NCBI RefSeq assembly: GCF_037042905.1
Contig: NC_087252.1
Location: 1,738,001-1,798,000 of the forward strand
DNA: 60,000 nucleotides
Source of the DNA: Lytechinus pictus
Lineage: Eukaryota
Direction: 5' to 3'
In this document: piece after piece, positions 1 through 13,394 of the stretch
Position numbering within the stretch: position 1 is the first letter of the stretch
How the letters are laid out: each line of letters begins with the position of its first letter
Notes under the pieces: model-generated
The model's database searches: none
The model's input: the letters and a program-made list of their open reading frames with translations, nothing else
What the model was told of the DNA's origin: nothing
Made by a program: the position numbers and the translations under genes

Positions 1-790
<790 letters not shown>

Positions 791-849
791 TCTCCCTTTA
801 CCTTTTCCAGTTTTCCGATAGAATCCCCCTGCCCCTCGCGGATTACGAA

Positions 850-1440
850 ACTGCTATCATGGAATCGCCCAACTATTACCTTAAGTTAGGAGATCAAGCC
901 AATTAATCTTTCGCTCCCAATTCAGCTCAGATATATATAGTACACGCCATGCAATGTTGTACAGAGCATGTATATTTTCGAAGGGTAAATGTGAATATTT
1001 AGCATATTTGGTTTTTCGACAATCAATCCCGCGCCTTCATCCTACCATGGACCTACTAGCATAGGTCCATGATCCTACCAATCAATGCATTATATTATAA
1101 AAGCCTATAATGAACCACTCCAAGAACAAAATGATATGGTGGCAATAAAGTTGTTTAAAACGTTATATAATAATATAGAGAACGTGACACGGGCCGGTCT
1201 ACGTGACAAATGTTTGGTGGTTGGTAGTTATTTTTTATACAGTGATTACCTATCAATTCTTAAAATTTTTATAATGTGTACATTATTTGAATTGAAGTTG
1301 TACTTTGTAACTTTTTGAGCAGCCAGTGCATTATTATGAATCACATAATCATCAGTCTTATCTAGGGTTAGAGTGTATGTGTAGAGGGATGGTAATCTAC
1401 ACGATCTAACGACTTCGTCAAGTTTAATATTCTCGCACAA
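850..1440 (+). repeat. Copy 1 (3' part) of a triplicated ~2-kb segment
   Basis: Colinear with 10530-11430 plus 12040-12060, and with 13190-13394 plus 17460-17870 (e.g. tcgcXcccaattcagctca, aaagcctataXtgaXccact; the terminal taatattctcgc is shared with copy 2). Confidence 0.9.
1046..1071. mobile_element. 26-bp palindromic remnant with 7-bp TSD (putative P-superfamily excision footprint)
   Basis: ATCCTAC-[catggacctacta gca taggtccatg]-ATCCTAC; absent from paralogous copies at ~10681 and ~13376. Confidence 0.75.
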
Positions 1441-2656
1441 AACTTGATCAAGGAAAATACAATTCCACTATGGGTTTGGCGCTGGTATTAATTCATATAC
1501 TTTCATGTACATACCAGTCACTCCGCCGCGCGAGCTAATTCGCACGTATTTATTCAGCTCGTATTCATGACCGCTCGGTTCATGAATACGTAATGAGGAA
1601 CGCAAGGGTCTAGTTTCTCTGCGTTTTACCGGGTTAATTTTCTGTTTTAAACCATAAACATTATATCGATAGAAAGGGGAAGAATCAAGGATTCGATATA
1701 TACCATAATTATCGACATATTTCATTAACTTAGTAAGGTAAACTGCCCTAGAACTTTGCCCCCGGAAAGATTCAAATCATTCAGCTTTAACGACGTATAA
1801 TACCATTTCATGATTCTTGCGTCCTTCAAATTTAATAACAGTTGTAAAGCTGAATTATCACTCTTTAAAATGAGACATAATTCATGGTTTTTCATTAATG
1901 AGGAGAGTCAGGAACCAGGGAAACATACCGCCAAGTCATTATGAGGGCCTGTCCAAAACGAGCTTCAAACGAGTTACGTAAATAGAGCATTCTGATTGGT
2001 CAACGCATTCCATGGATTCAACGCGTGATCGCAGGTCATGACCTTTCTACACATCGACTTTCGAAGCGAAACCCCGAACAACGACGTCGTCTACTTTCAT
2101 AGAGTATTTGTTCTTTCATACAAAGTTTATAGACGTAAAATTGTTTTTGATAGATTTTTCAATATAGAAGACTGACAAGAATGCAAGAAATTTAATGGGA
2201 TATTTCCTTATATCTCTGCATTCATTATTATAGCCATTCTAAGTGAGTAGAGTCGTATTTGTGTTTTATCAATAAACTCAGTCCCATGTATGCAATTCTG
2301 CGTTTTCTGAATTATGTACTTAGTTAACTTATTGATGCTGCCCCCCCCCCCGGCCGGTTTTGTTGCCAAGATTTGTTGAAAAGAATTACATACATGCACA
2401 CATCCCGTTTTCAGAAACAAACAAGAATGGATAGAACAATTAATAAATGTCAACATGCTTGGAAGTTTAGAAAAGCATAAAAAATACAAATGCACTACTT
2501 GCAAACCTGATCTAACCCAAAGACACCCTCCATAATTCATGTGTTTTGTTTTACTGTTCTAAATCATTATCAATCCATTTTATCAATTTTCTTTCTCCCA
2601 TTAGTTGATTTTGTTTTATTCACTAGTATTTCTGTTTATTTATTTGGGGGTGTGAT

Positions 2657-2972
2657 CAGGGCCAGATCCAGGATTTTCCAAAAGGGGAGGGGGTAAATAT
2701 TTCGTAGGAAATATTGACAAGCAAAAGTTTTCCCTCCAAAAATGACTGACATTTTGCCACATTTGAAATTAACAACCCCCCCCCCCAAAAAAAAAGGGGG
2801 GCTCACTTGTAAAGGAACCACATAATCCCATTTAAAATATTTGCTGCCACTCTAAGGGGGGGGGACACTTGTGTATTTACGGTATGTTTACATTTAAAAA
2901 AAATAGACAAGTTGCTCTCAATACTCTCAAGGGGGGGGGGGCACGTGTCCCCCCCCCCTGGTTTCACACCTG
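2657..2972. mobile_element. hAT-like MITE nested in the Academ-like element
   Basis: CAGGG...CCTG termini with G/C-run subterminals; 8-bp TSD ggtgtgat/ggtgcgat. Confidence 0.65.
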
Positions 2973-4049
2973 GGTGCGATGTATATTTCTATTTATCACG
3001 ATTCATTCTCCACCCTTTTCTCTGAACAATTACATTCCATCGTGCAGTGGGATACTTGGATATCATTTGTTCAACAGATCTCGTCTTCCTCCTCAATTTT
3101 AAATTCCTCATATTCACAGATCTTGTCCCACTACTGTGTTTTTTATTCATTTTCAAACACCTTTCTCTGTGGGAAACACCCATCTCTCTCCCTCTCTATT
3201 AGTGTTGCTCTGTCTGTCTCTCTCTCTCTTGATATTACATGTAATATTTTCCTCACACATCCAGCCGACTTTCTAATCGAACACATCTTTTTTTTTGGTC
3301 ATGCACAGAAACGTGTTTAAACAGTTGTGTAACTGTAACTTAAGTTCATACACATATTCTCTTCTTTTTCTTTATATCTTGATTTTTTTCTATTTCTTTC
3401 TTCATTTATTCTTCTATATTCTCATATTCAGATCTCCAGTGCAATACAATGCATGAATTCAAAATCTAGCTCATAGTAAATGGATATTCCTAAAGAAAAA
3501 AAATAGAAAGCATGTTCAATATCAGATCAATTTTAACAAGAAAAAAGAGTTTATTTCCAACATCAAACTCTTGAAACTCATGTTTACAAAACATATAAAT
3601 ACAAGCAAAAAACTTTGGCACCTAATATCATTCAAGGCAAGTACATGAAGAGAGTATAAGTGAATACTGTTTTTGTTTTACAATCAAACATGTTAATAAA
3701 GATAAAGGCAGTTTTACATATAATGCTCCCTGAATGTCTTTGGCAAGCAGACAGTAGTTGAGGTAAATATGAGTTAAAACAATTTTATATACAAGGAATG
3801 TATTGTTTAGGAAAGCCCGTCATCAGTGAAATAACTTTGGTAGTCATGACAGGAAACAAGTGAAATAATATTTGTATACAGAAGTCAGTGCCATCAAAAC
3901 TGCCTCATAAAAGAAATAATTCAGCCATACGTTTACATACATGTATATCTAGGTAATACATATTACAATATATGGAATTACTGGGGTCAATATACGTATC
4001 ACCAACTGTAATAATGTCCCCATTGTTAACATGTGTATGAGATGTTAAA

Positions 4050-5020
4050 CTGCCACTATGCACTCTCTAAATGGCAAGGAAAAAACAATTTATAAAAAGG
4101 TGATCATGAAAATATACATAATGTACATGTAAAAGTAGGAACAAGGGTAGTTCAATGCTCACCATCATGACAACTTGTACAAGTGCTTCAACATATGAAC
4201 AAAAAATTTACACATTTACATAAACAAAAAATTTACACATTTACATAATCATAAGTAGCAACAGCAACAGCAGTGTAAAATAATATACACAACTGTTTTA
4301 TAGGATATTGTAAATCACACACATATTGAAAAAGCTGCGTCAAAGTTCAAGAGGAAATACATGAACTGCACCTCTATATATTGCTAATGAAATAATTAGC
4401 CAATCTAACAAAATACATGTAACCATCATGTATTCTGCTTAAGCCTCACAATTGCTGTAAGAAACTTATCATTTGTTTCATATACATGTAACTACAAAAA
4501 CTATTATCTGAGTTGCCAAAATGATTGACCTGCAAGAAACTGCCACAATGCACTATCTAAATGGCAAGGAAAAACAATTTATAAAGAGGTGATCATGAAA
4601 ATATACATAATGTACATGTAAAAGTAGGAACAAGGGTAGTAATGCTCACCATCATGACAACTTGTACAAAAGGTTCAATACATGTACTGTATGTAAGCAA
4701 AAAAAGTTACACATTTACATAATCATAATCATAAGTAGCAAAAGCAACAACAGGGCAAAATAATAATAATAATATACACAACTGTTTTATAGGATATTGT
4801 AAATCACACACATATTGAAAAAAGCTGCGTCAAAGTTCAAGAGGAAATACATGTACTGCACCTCTATATATTGCTAATGAAATAATTAGCCAATCTAACA
4901 AAATACATGTAACCATCATGTATTCTGCTTAAGCCTCACAATTGTCGTAAGAAACTTCACATTTGTTTCATACAACTACGACAACTATTATTTCAGCTAC
5001 CAAAATGATTGACCTGCAAG
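4050..5020. repeat. Tandem duplication of a ~490-bp unit
   Basis: tgccactatgcactctctaaatggcaagg at 4051 recurs at 4541 and stays colinear to ~5020. Confidence 0.9.
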
Positions 5021-5491
5021 ACCTCAATGGAACTGGCAAGAAACGTATACATACACTGACTCATATGTATTGCAGTAAAAAGCAAGAATAAACATAACAT
5101 GGCAAGGTACGTGAAATATATGAAAAATGTGCATACTTGTGAAAAAAAAAATAGTTCAACTTCTTCTGTTATGCATAATGTGGAAATAGTGTAATGTTGC
5201 AGACACTTAATGATATACAAATAAAAAGGTATCACATGCATAAAAAACATGTGTAAATGCTCACCAACATTTCCACATTGCCTGTCATGCCTTCTTATAA
5301 ATGTTCTTTAAACAAAAATTATAACCATTAAAAAAAACATGTACATAATATAAAAGTAATAGCTATCATGAATTGATTCAATGTAACAAACTTCACCCTC
5401 ACAGCAGCCAATGAATACTGGCATATAATAGACTGATTAAATGACTGATGAATGATTTTAAAGGGCTACAAGAACATGACACAGAGAATGC

Positions 5492-5960
5492 CTACTCATA
5501 ATCTGAACAGTCTTCCTGCAAATCTTCAAACAGAGATAAATCACCATCAATGTCGATTTCAATGGTACCTTCGATATTTGTTTTATCACAAGGAACTTCA
5601 TCAAAATCAAAATCATAATCAAAATGATCAATATCAGAATCTTCTTCACTGGAGTCGCTATCACTTGCCAGTTTCTCTACAGCAGTAAGATTTTGGCACT
5701 GTCTACATCGGCAACCTGGCCCACAAAATCTACCCTCTTTTCTACATTTACATAAACGGTTTTGACATTTGCTCTTGGCACAAGAACAACCCCTTGTGAG
5801 ATATAAAACATTTGATTTAATCTTTTCAATACTTTCATCTGTGTCCCACTGGCATGCTACATGTACTTCCCCATCATCCCTGGATACAACAAAGCCGTAT
5901 AATTCAATGTCTGGATAATAGTATATGGGAATCTGTACTTTATCCCAAACAGTTAATAAT
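5492..5960 (-). pseudogene. 3' fragment of Academ-type transposase (W..P..YGF..WD plus CXC cysteine cluster and acidic tail)
   Basis: ORF 5492..6034: TVWDKVQIPIYYYPDIELYGF...QWD...GCSCAKSKCQNRLCKCRKEGRFCGPGCRCRQCQN then a D/E-rich tail; resembles tesmin/TSO1-like CXC C-termini of Academ proteins (recognition, not a database hit). Confidence 0.65.
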
Positions 5961-6251
5961 CTTTGCACACCGAAATCGCTCTCTAACACTAATATACAAA
6001 TTATGAAATGCTTTAAAATCCTTTTCCCAAACACTATGTTCTAAATTGTTTGTTCCTACATGGATGAAAACAGCCTTTGTAGAAAAGTCGAAGTAATTCT
6101 GAAAGATTTGACGAATGATGATCTTAACGATGTAACATTAGCCCCTGGAAAGCACAAAGTTTCAGAAGAAAAGGGTCCATTAAAAACAGCGTGTCGCACA
6201 ATTGAGTCTCCTATCAAAAGAACTTGGCATCCAGTCAGATGTGAAGGTGAT
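5960..6251 (-). pseudogene. Exon 2 of SGNH/GDSL-hydrolase-like cargo gene (frameshifted, 3'-truncated)
   Basis: Polypyrimidine+CAG acceptor before 6251; VLLIGDSIVRH (block I), CFPGA (block II), then in a shifted frame KAVFIHVGTNNL (block III). Confidence 0.75.
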
Positions 6252-7461
6252 CTGTAAAGGAAAAAAAAGAAAAGATTGCTTTTACAACAAAATAAATTCC
6301 AAACTAGGAAAGCAATAAAACAAAAGGACAGAGAGTTAAATGTTATTACAAAGAAAATAATTGCAATATGTAATAACATAACATTTAACTTCCTATCATA
6401 TATTTACTCAGAGCAAAATTACAATGTTCACATATAAAAATTTGTCAGCACTTAATGAAGAAGGACACGGTGGAAAAAATAGCAAACAAATCTATTGAAA
6501 TAGCAATAGAAGCGCCCATCCAAGTAATATTTTTGCCCAAAGCAAAAAGAATTTGCAGGCTCAGTAATTTACAATAAATAAAATGCATAGATTCATATTT
6601 TAGTTTATCAAAATATTGCTCATATTTCCTAACTATATTAAAAACAAATACATGTACATGTATGTTTCCCTCTTGAACTCCCATTTCAGGGTTTGAGGGA
6701 CACATCTCCATCAAAAAATAATGTTGCTGCTCCCCCAGAAAATAAACTCAGCAGTGTGACAATTCAATTATCAAAGCGTTGCTGTATCAGTATGGCACTT
6801 CTTAAAAATATCTGTACAATGACATTGTCTGTGTGGATACCCAAAGGCCGCAGAATGTTTCTTCTTTTTTTTTGGAGTGGGAAGGGGGAGGACTGAGCAG
6901 AACATAGCCTGGGATCATGCAAAAAATCATAATCGGATGGTAAGTTTTAGCTGTTTGTAATAAAATTTATAGCAAAAAGTGCAGTTATGATAATGAAAGC
7001 CCCCCCCCCCCCACCATATCAGGGCCCCTCAGGCCTCACCCATCTGCACAATTAATCATGTAATGACACATGTTTTTAAAAATGCAATAAAATTCAAATC
7101 TGAGTCTATGTCAGATTGTCACCTGAAAAATGCAAACTTTCTTGAATAAATCTTGGGCTAAAATGTCTTTTTGTCTCATCACAAAATATGAGTAAATGAA
7201 TGAGTTCCCATGGACGTTAACTTCTTGATTAGTATATTGCCTGAGTCTTGAATTTAAATTTTCAAAGAAAGTAGATCAAGCTTAGATCTAACATTAGATT
7301 CTACGATTAAATTGAATTCTAAAAAAAATCTATAATGACACCTTTGTTTACCAAGGTTTATTATTGAGGTTTCCATAATTCATTTTCAATTTACTTAATA
7401 ACTTTAATTCAATAATCAATTACAATAGATATCTATTAGTACTGACAACTAGAGAGAATAC

Positions 7462-7637
7462 CTGTAGCCAGGAGGCTCCTGACCCAGAGAGTAAAATGCA
7501 TACTCTCCCCTAGACCAAAAGCTTCGGTCTCTGTTATGTTGGTTGTTCAGCTGAACTCCGTTGGCTTCACTCACCAAACATGCCAAATACAGAGACCGAA
7601 GTTCTAGCGCGATCTGTACAGGGGACTCAATGGCCAT
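7462..7637 (-). pseudogene. Probable exon 1 of the SGNH-like cargo gene
   Basis: ATG at 7637, 58 codons + AG then GTATTC donor; the phase-2 join to exon 2 gives in-frame ...PPGY-R-SPSHLTGCQVLLIGDS. Confidence 0.55.
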
Positions 7638-7881
7638 ATGTTTATGTACTTAAGATCGGATAAAACGGGGAAGTGAATTTGCGCGACAGCCGAGGTTAGT
7701 CACTGTTTTTGTTCCTTTTAACTTAATTTTTCTCCGTTTTTGGGCAATTAATGCCAAGAGGGAATATTAATTTGCATTTTGGTCGCGTTAATTTTCAAAA
7801 TTTTTATTCATTAAAGACAAAAATTGAAGAGCCCCGACGGGGGGATTTCGCATTGCAAGTCCCCTAATGGTGGCTGCACGC

Positions 7882-7957
7882 TAGCGAGCCGTCTGTGTAC
7901 GAGGAGAATAAAAAAATTAAAAAATGTTAAAAAACTCCTCGAAACAGACGGCTGCTA
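7882..7957. mobile_element. ~76-bp TAG...CTA hairpin mini-element
   Basis: tagcgagccgtctgtgtacgaggag ... ctcctcgaaacagacggctgcta inverted arms; TSD unclear. Confidence 0.5.
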
Positions 7958-10812
7958 GCTGTCTAACTCTCCCCAAGATTTCTACTTTCCTTCTAAAAGA
8001 TCTATACCTAAATCATGTAAATGGGATACAACTTCATTTCCTCAATATGGGTTTTGTAGCCTTGGCAAAAAAAAAAAAAAACATGATGGTGACATGAACA
8101 TCGTTGAAAGTTTTCTGTCTTTTTAATGAATTCTTGTTTAAATATGAAGTCAATATTATAAAAATGTCAGAGATGAAGTTGTATATCCCATTCACATGAT
8201 TCAAGACTAGATCTACCTCTCTTATATGGAAAGTAGAAATCTCGAGAGCGTAAAATTTCTGGGTTTTTTTTCGCGGTACACGCAAATGTATGGGATGCAA
8301 TCCCTGGCTCCAAGGAGGGTAAGCACACGTTAATGAATGATATTTACTCTCTAGGAGCCTCATGGCTAGTCAAGAAGTCAGTCAATCTCAATCTGTCAAT
8401 TCCCTTTTTTTTTAGACAACTGTTGACAGTGTCATGTCACTAGTGTCACAGCTCTTGAGCTCTATCTCATTCTCAGTCTCACTCTCATTAATAGTCTGAT
8501 TTGGATGAAATGCATCAGAATATAAAGCACAAAATTAGATTGCAACCTCATGGAATAATTACAAAATAATTTCAAACTAGATATAATCTTTATTTCAAGT
8601 TCGCATGGCAATGATTTGGCCCGCACAATCAATGTGAGAGAATTGGTCACCAATCTTTTTAAACAAGACACAAAAATACACTAATGGGACTGACCCACCA
8701 GTTGGTTACTCCGCGCGAGACCATGGCTGACGTCATCACTCAATAAAATAAACAAGTACAAAAGAAGAATCAGCGTCAGTGCAGTTGACAAAATAGAAAA
8801 TTTGAGGTAGTTTCATCGTAAAATACGAGTACGAAGGAGATTTTGCGTCCCAGAGATATTTACACATGTTCATCACTAAAATATATTCTACAACATCGGA
8901 GGCTTCACGAAAGCCAAAAATTCTGAGGAGGGTCAGGACGTAAAAAACAACATTCTAATGAAAAATTCGATCTCCGATCCGGCTAAAATATTGCCTAGAT
9001 CTAAAGCATTATTTCAGGTTCAATTTTTTTCTGGATTACCACATATTTCATATCAAAATAAAGCTAAAGATTTCAAGATTTACTTACGGTTGCATTCTTC
9101 CATCTTGGCTTTTCCAGTGAAGAGTATGACGTCATTAGGACGAGACCTGCATGACTCTCGTGATATCTCGCGATCTACGAGAGTCCCGCTCGATGATTTT
9201 CGGGCGGATGGGATTCTGAATAAATTTCAGCGATCGTGCTCATTAGCATACGCGTGGCGCTCTGACTGATACTGTAAGTATTAGAACAACTTATTCTGTA
9301 ATTAATGAATCAGTTTTTACTTATATTCTGTGTTTTTCGTTCATATTTAATTCACCCGGTATTGATCCTTGCACTGTCATAGAGTAAATGGGACCGATCA
9401 TTAAAGTTGTTTTGTTGTGTTGGCGATATATATATATATAATGAGATGGGGCGAGGCCAACTCAACAGATGACGCAGGACACCATTATTTATATATATAT
9501 ATAAATTTTAACTATTATTATTATTAGCAAATGGTGGGAAAATTAGTTTAAAGTCGCTAGCGAGCGAAGCGAGCTAGAAAAAAAAATCGCCTTTTGAAAT
9601 TAAATACTTGTTATAAAGATTTTCTATATTAAGCATATAACATATGGTATTTTATTGTTTTTCCATTCAATTCATTTCGTTGGCTTCTTCATTTTCTTTT
9701 ATTTCCCCTCGGCTGTGGAACCAAACCCTTCCCGCACTGTACGCCAGTGCTTCAACTTAAAGCTTAATGCAGAAAGGGTCCATATAGGGGGGGGGGGCAT
9801 TATAGAGTCCTGTGATGATTAAAGACGAAAAGCCGCAACTGCCTGGAGTCTTGGGCAGCTGAGAGTCCCCCGTAGCTTTGGAGATTTAGCAAAAGTAAAG
9901 ATTAAAAGGCTTTTTACGGTAACTCTTGCCAGCTAGCGTAAAACCTATAGGTAGGGACATAATATTACGTATATAAGGGGATGATATGTCTAGCCCTAAT
10001 TCGCTAAGGACTTGTTTTAAAACCTGATTATAACAGTTAATTAATTGGAAGCTTACACTGTTATGATCGACTTCATGCACGATGTTACATGCCATCCATC
10101 TTTCGTCCCGTTCATTATTTGTTTCCCCTATTTTCTATTTTTCGATCTTGCTTTTGGCTCATCCATTCTACCTTCATTTCCGCTTTTATTTGCCCCTTCT
10201 CTTTCCCCGTCCCACAATCATAATGATTTATTTCCCTTTCTTACTAATCACACAATATTTCCTTTTTCACATGCTTTTCTTTTCTTGCTTTTCCCGCTGT
10301 TCTTCTATTTTCCCTTTTACGTTTTTTTCTTTTCACTTTTTCCCATTTCCCTTCCCTTTTCCCTTTTCTTATTTTTCTTCCTTTCTCTTTCTTTCTTTCT
10401 TTCTTCAATTTTTTTTTATTTTCTTTTTTTCTCTCTTCTTTTTTTCGTTTTTTTTCCTGTATTTTTCCCGTGAAATCCGCCAGGTGGGGGCGGGGCATTC
10501 TGTCTCCAGCCCAAACCCCGCCTGTTGCGCCACTGCAGATGCAGACCAATCTTTCGCGCCCAATTCAGCTCATATATTTAACATTATACACGCCATGCAA
10601 TGTATAGAGCATGTATTTTCGAAGGGTAAATACGAATATTGCAAGACCTTTTTGGTTTTTCGACAATCGATCCCGACTTCATCCTGCCAATCGATGCATT
10701 ATATTATAAAAAAATAAAAGCCTATAGTGATCCACTTCAAGAACATTATGGTGGTAATTGTTTAAAACTTTACGTAATAATATCGACATATAAAACAAAC
10801 GTGTCACGGGTC

Positions 10813-10991
10813 TAGTCTGCAGGCACAGACCCTGATTCAAACTTTGATCAACAAGTGTGCCTCTATGCAAAGACTATCACATTTCAAACTTGCTGTTTCA
10901 ATTCCTGAGCAAGAGGGCCTCCAGTACACAAGGCATGAGTAGGTTGCAATTAAGACCCTTTACTCGAGTGCAGGGTTTGCACAGCAGACTA
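10813..10991. mobile_element. 179-bp TAGTCTGC...GCAGACTA MITE (AcademH-like), second copy at 17559-17737
   Basis: Short TIRs, flanking (n)CACGGGTC direct repeat; empty site in copy 1 at ~1188. Confidence 0.7.
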
Positions 10992-11436
10992 GCACGGGTC
11001 GGCTTACGTGACGACATATGGCTTACAAAATGTTCGGTGGTTGGTAGTTATTTCATACAGTGATTACCTATTAATTTTTATAATGTGTACACTGTGTGAA
11101 GTGAAAATGTACTTTGTAACTTTTCGGGCAGCCAGTGCATGATTATGAATAACATAATCATCAGTCTTATCTAAGGTTGGAGTGCAGAAGGTAAAACAAT
11201 AAAAACATAATGACTACAAATAGTATGTCTTTAGGTGTAATTCTAACAAAATCAGCATGCGCTTGGCACTCGCATTAGATGACTATGGTGAGATATGTGT
11301 AATCTTAATGGATTCTTTTAAAAAATAGTCCTTAAAATATCCATGATTGGGGTCAATATACAGTATATATAAATTTCAGCTCGCGCTTTGCAGAGGGGTA
11401 GTAATCTACATGATCTAACAACTTCGTCAAGTTTAA

Positions 11437-12039
11437 AGGACAAGTCCACCCCAACAAAAACTTGATTTGAATAAAAAGAGAAAAATTCAACAAGCATAAC
11501 ACTGAAAATTTCATCAAAATCGGATGTAAAATAAGAAAGTTATGGCATTTTAAATTTTCGCTTCATTTCACAAAACAGTTATATGCACATCTCGGTCAGT
11601 ATGCAAATGAGGATACTGATGACATCACTCACTCACTATTTCTTTTGTATTTCATTATATGAAATATGAAATATTTTTATTTTCTCGTCATTGTCATGTG
11701 AAATGAAGTTTCATTCCTCCCTGAACACGTGGAATTCCATTATTTTAACATTTTGTGTTTCAGGCAAGGAGGTCCTAATCGTCAAATCCGTAAAAATTGA
11801 AATATTGCATAATTCAAACAATAAAAAACAAAAGAAATAGTGAGTGAGTGACATAATCGACTCTCTCATTTGGATGTAACTGGCTCGTTCATATAACTAT
11901 TTTGTTAAAAATAAGCAAAACTTTGAAATGTCATAACTTTCCTATTTTACATCCGATTTTGATGAAATTTTCAGCATTGTGCATGTCTGATTTTTCTCTA
12001 TTGATTCAAATCAACATTTTTCTGAGGTGGACTTGACCT
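11437..12039. mobile_element. Kolobok-like MITE, TTAA TSD
   Basis: TTAA-aggacaagtccacc...ggtggacttgacct-TTAA, long TIRs; empty site aagtTTAAtattctc at ~1421. Confidence 0.88.
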
Positions 12040-13051
12040 TTAATATTCTCGCAACTTTGCAACTTATATATATATATATATATATACTTGGAAGACAGAA
12101 ATAACGACGAGTGAGACGTAGCTCTCAGGTTTCCTTTTTTATTGCTGAGGGCCCACTTACATATATATTTTAAATATTAACTTTTATCATTATTAGCAAA
12201 AGGCGGGAAAATTGGTTAAAAGTCACTAGCGAGAGAAGCGAGCCAGAATAAAAAATCGCCTTTTGAAATTATTATTTGTTATATAGATTTTCTATAGTAA
12301 GCATATGATATATCGTATTTCAATGTTTTTTTCCATTCATTTCATTTCGTTGCCTTCTTAATTTTCTTATATTTTCCCTCGGCTGTGGAACCAAACCCTT
12401 CCCGCACTGTACACCAGTGCTTAATTCAACTTAAAGCTTAGTGCAGGAAGGGTATATATATAGGGGGGGGGGGCATTATAGAGTCCTATGATGATTAAAG
12501 ACGAAAAGCCCCAACCGCCTGGAGTCTTGGGCAGCTGAGAGTCCCCGGTAGCTTTGGAGATTTAGCAAAAGATTTAAAAGGCTTTTCACGGTAACTCTTG
12601 CCAGCTAGCGTAAAACTTATAGGTAGGGATATAATATTGCGTATACAAGAGGATAATATGTCTAGCCCTAATTTGCTAAGGACTTGTTTTAAAACCTGAT
12701 TGCAACCGTTAATTAATTGAAAGCTTACACTGTTATGAAAGACTTCATGCACGATGTTACATGCCATCCATCTTTCGTCCCGTTCATTATTTGTTTTCCC
12801 TATTTTCTATTTTTCGATCTTGCTTTTGGCTCATCCATTCTACCTTCATTTCCCGCTTTTTTTTGCCCCTTCTCTTTCCCCGTCCCACAATCATATAATT
12901 TATTTCCCTTTCTTACTAATCAAACAATTTGTTCCTTTTCACATGCCTTTCTTTTCTTGCTTTTCCCGCTGTTCTTCTATTTTCCCTTTATCTTTTTTTC
13001 TTTTCACTTTTTTTCCATTTCCCTTCCCTTTCCCCCTTTCTTTCTTCCTTC

Positions 13052-13102
<51 letters not shown>

Positions 13103-13394
13103 TCGGTACTTTTTTTTCTTGTATTTTTCCCGTGAAATCTGGCAGGTGGGGGCGCAGTCTGCCCCCTGCCCAACCCCCGCCTGTTGCGCCATTGCTAGCA
13201 TGGAATCGCCCAACTATTACTTTAAGTTAGGAGATGCAGACCAATCTTTTGCGCCCAATTCAGCTCAGATATTTAACATTATACTTGCCATGCAATGTAT
13301 AGAGCATGTATGTTCGAAGGGTAAATACGAATATTGCAAGGCCTATTTGGTTTTTCGACAATCGATCCCGACTTCATCCTGCCAATCGATGCAT

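Larger units (their letters stand above)
1515..9268 (-). mobile_element. Internally deleted Academ-like DNA transposon
   Basis: Imperfect TIRs (cagtcactccgccgcgcgagctaattcgcacg vs reverse complement cagtcagagcgccacgcgtatgctaatgagcacg), ATAC direct repeat at 1511-1514 and 9269-9272, internal CXC-type transposase tail. Confidence 0.7.
9490..12065 (+). repeat. Copy 2 of the triplicated segment (contains a Kolobok-like MITE and a TAG-ended MITE)
   Basis: Colinear with 12160-13394 plus 17460-17870, and with 850-1440. Confidence 0.92.

Noticed and set aside
5492..6034. Host tesmin/LIN54-like CXC gene
   Set aside because: Single CXC with transposase-type upstream motifs, 5'-truncated and lying inside TIR/TSD boundaries
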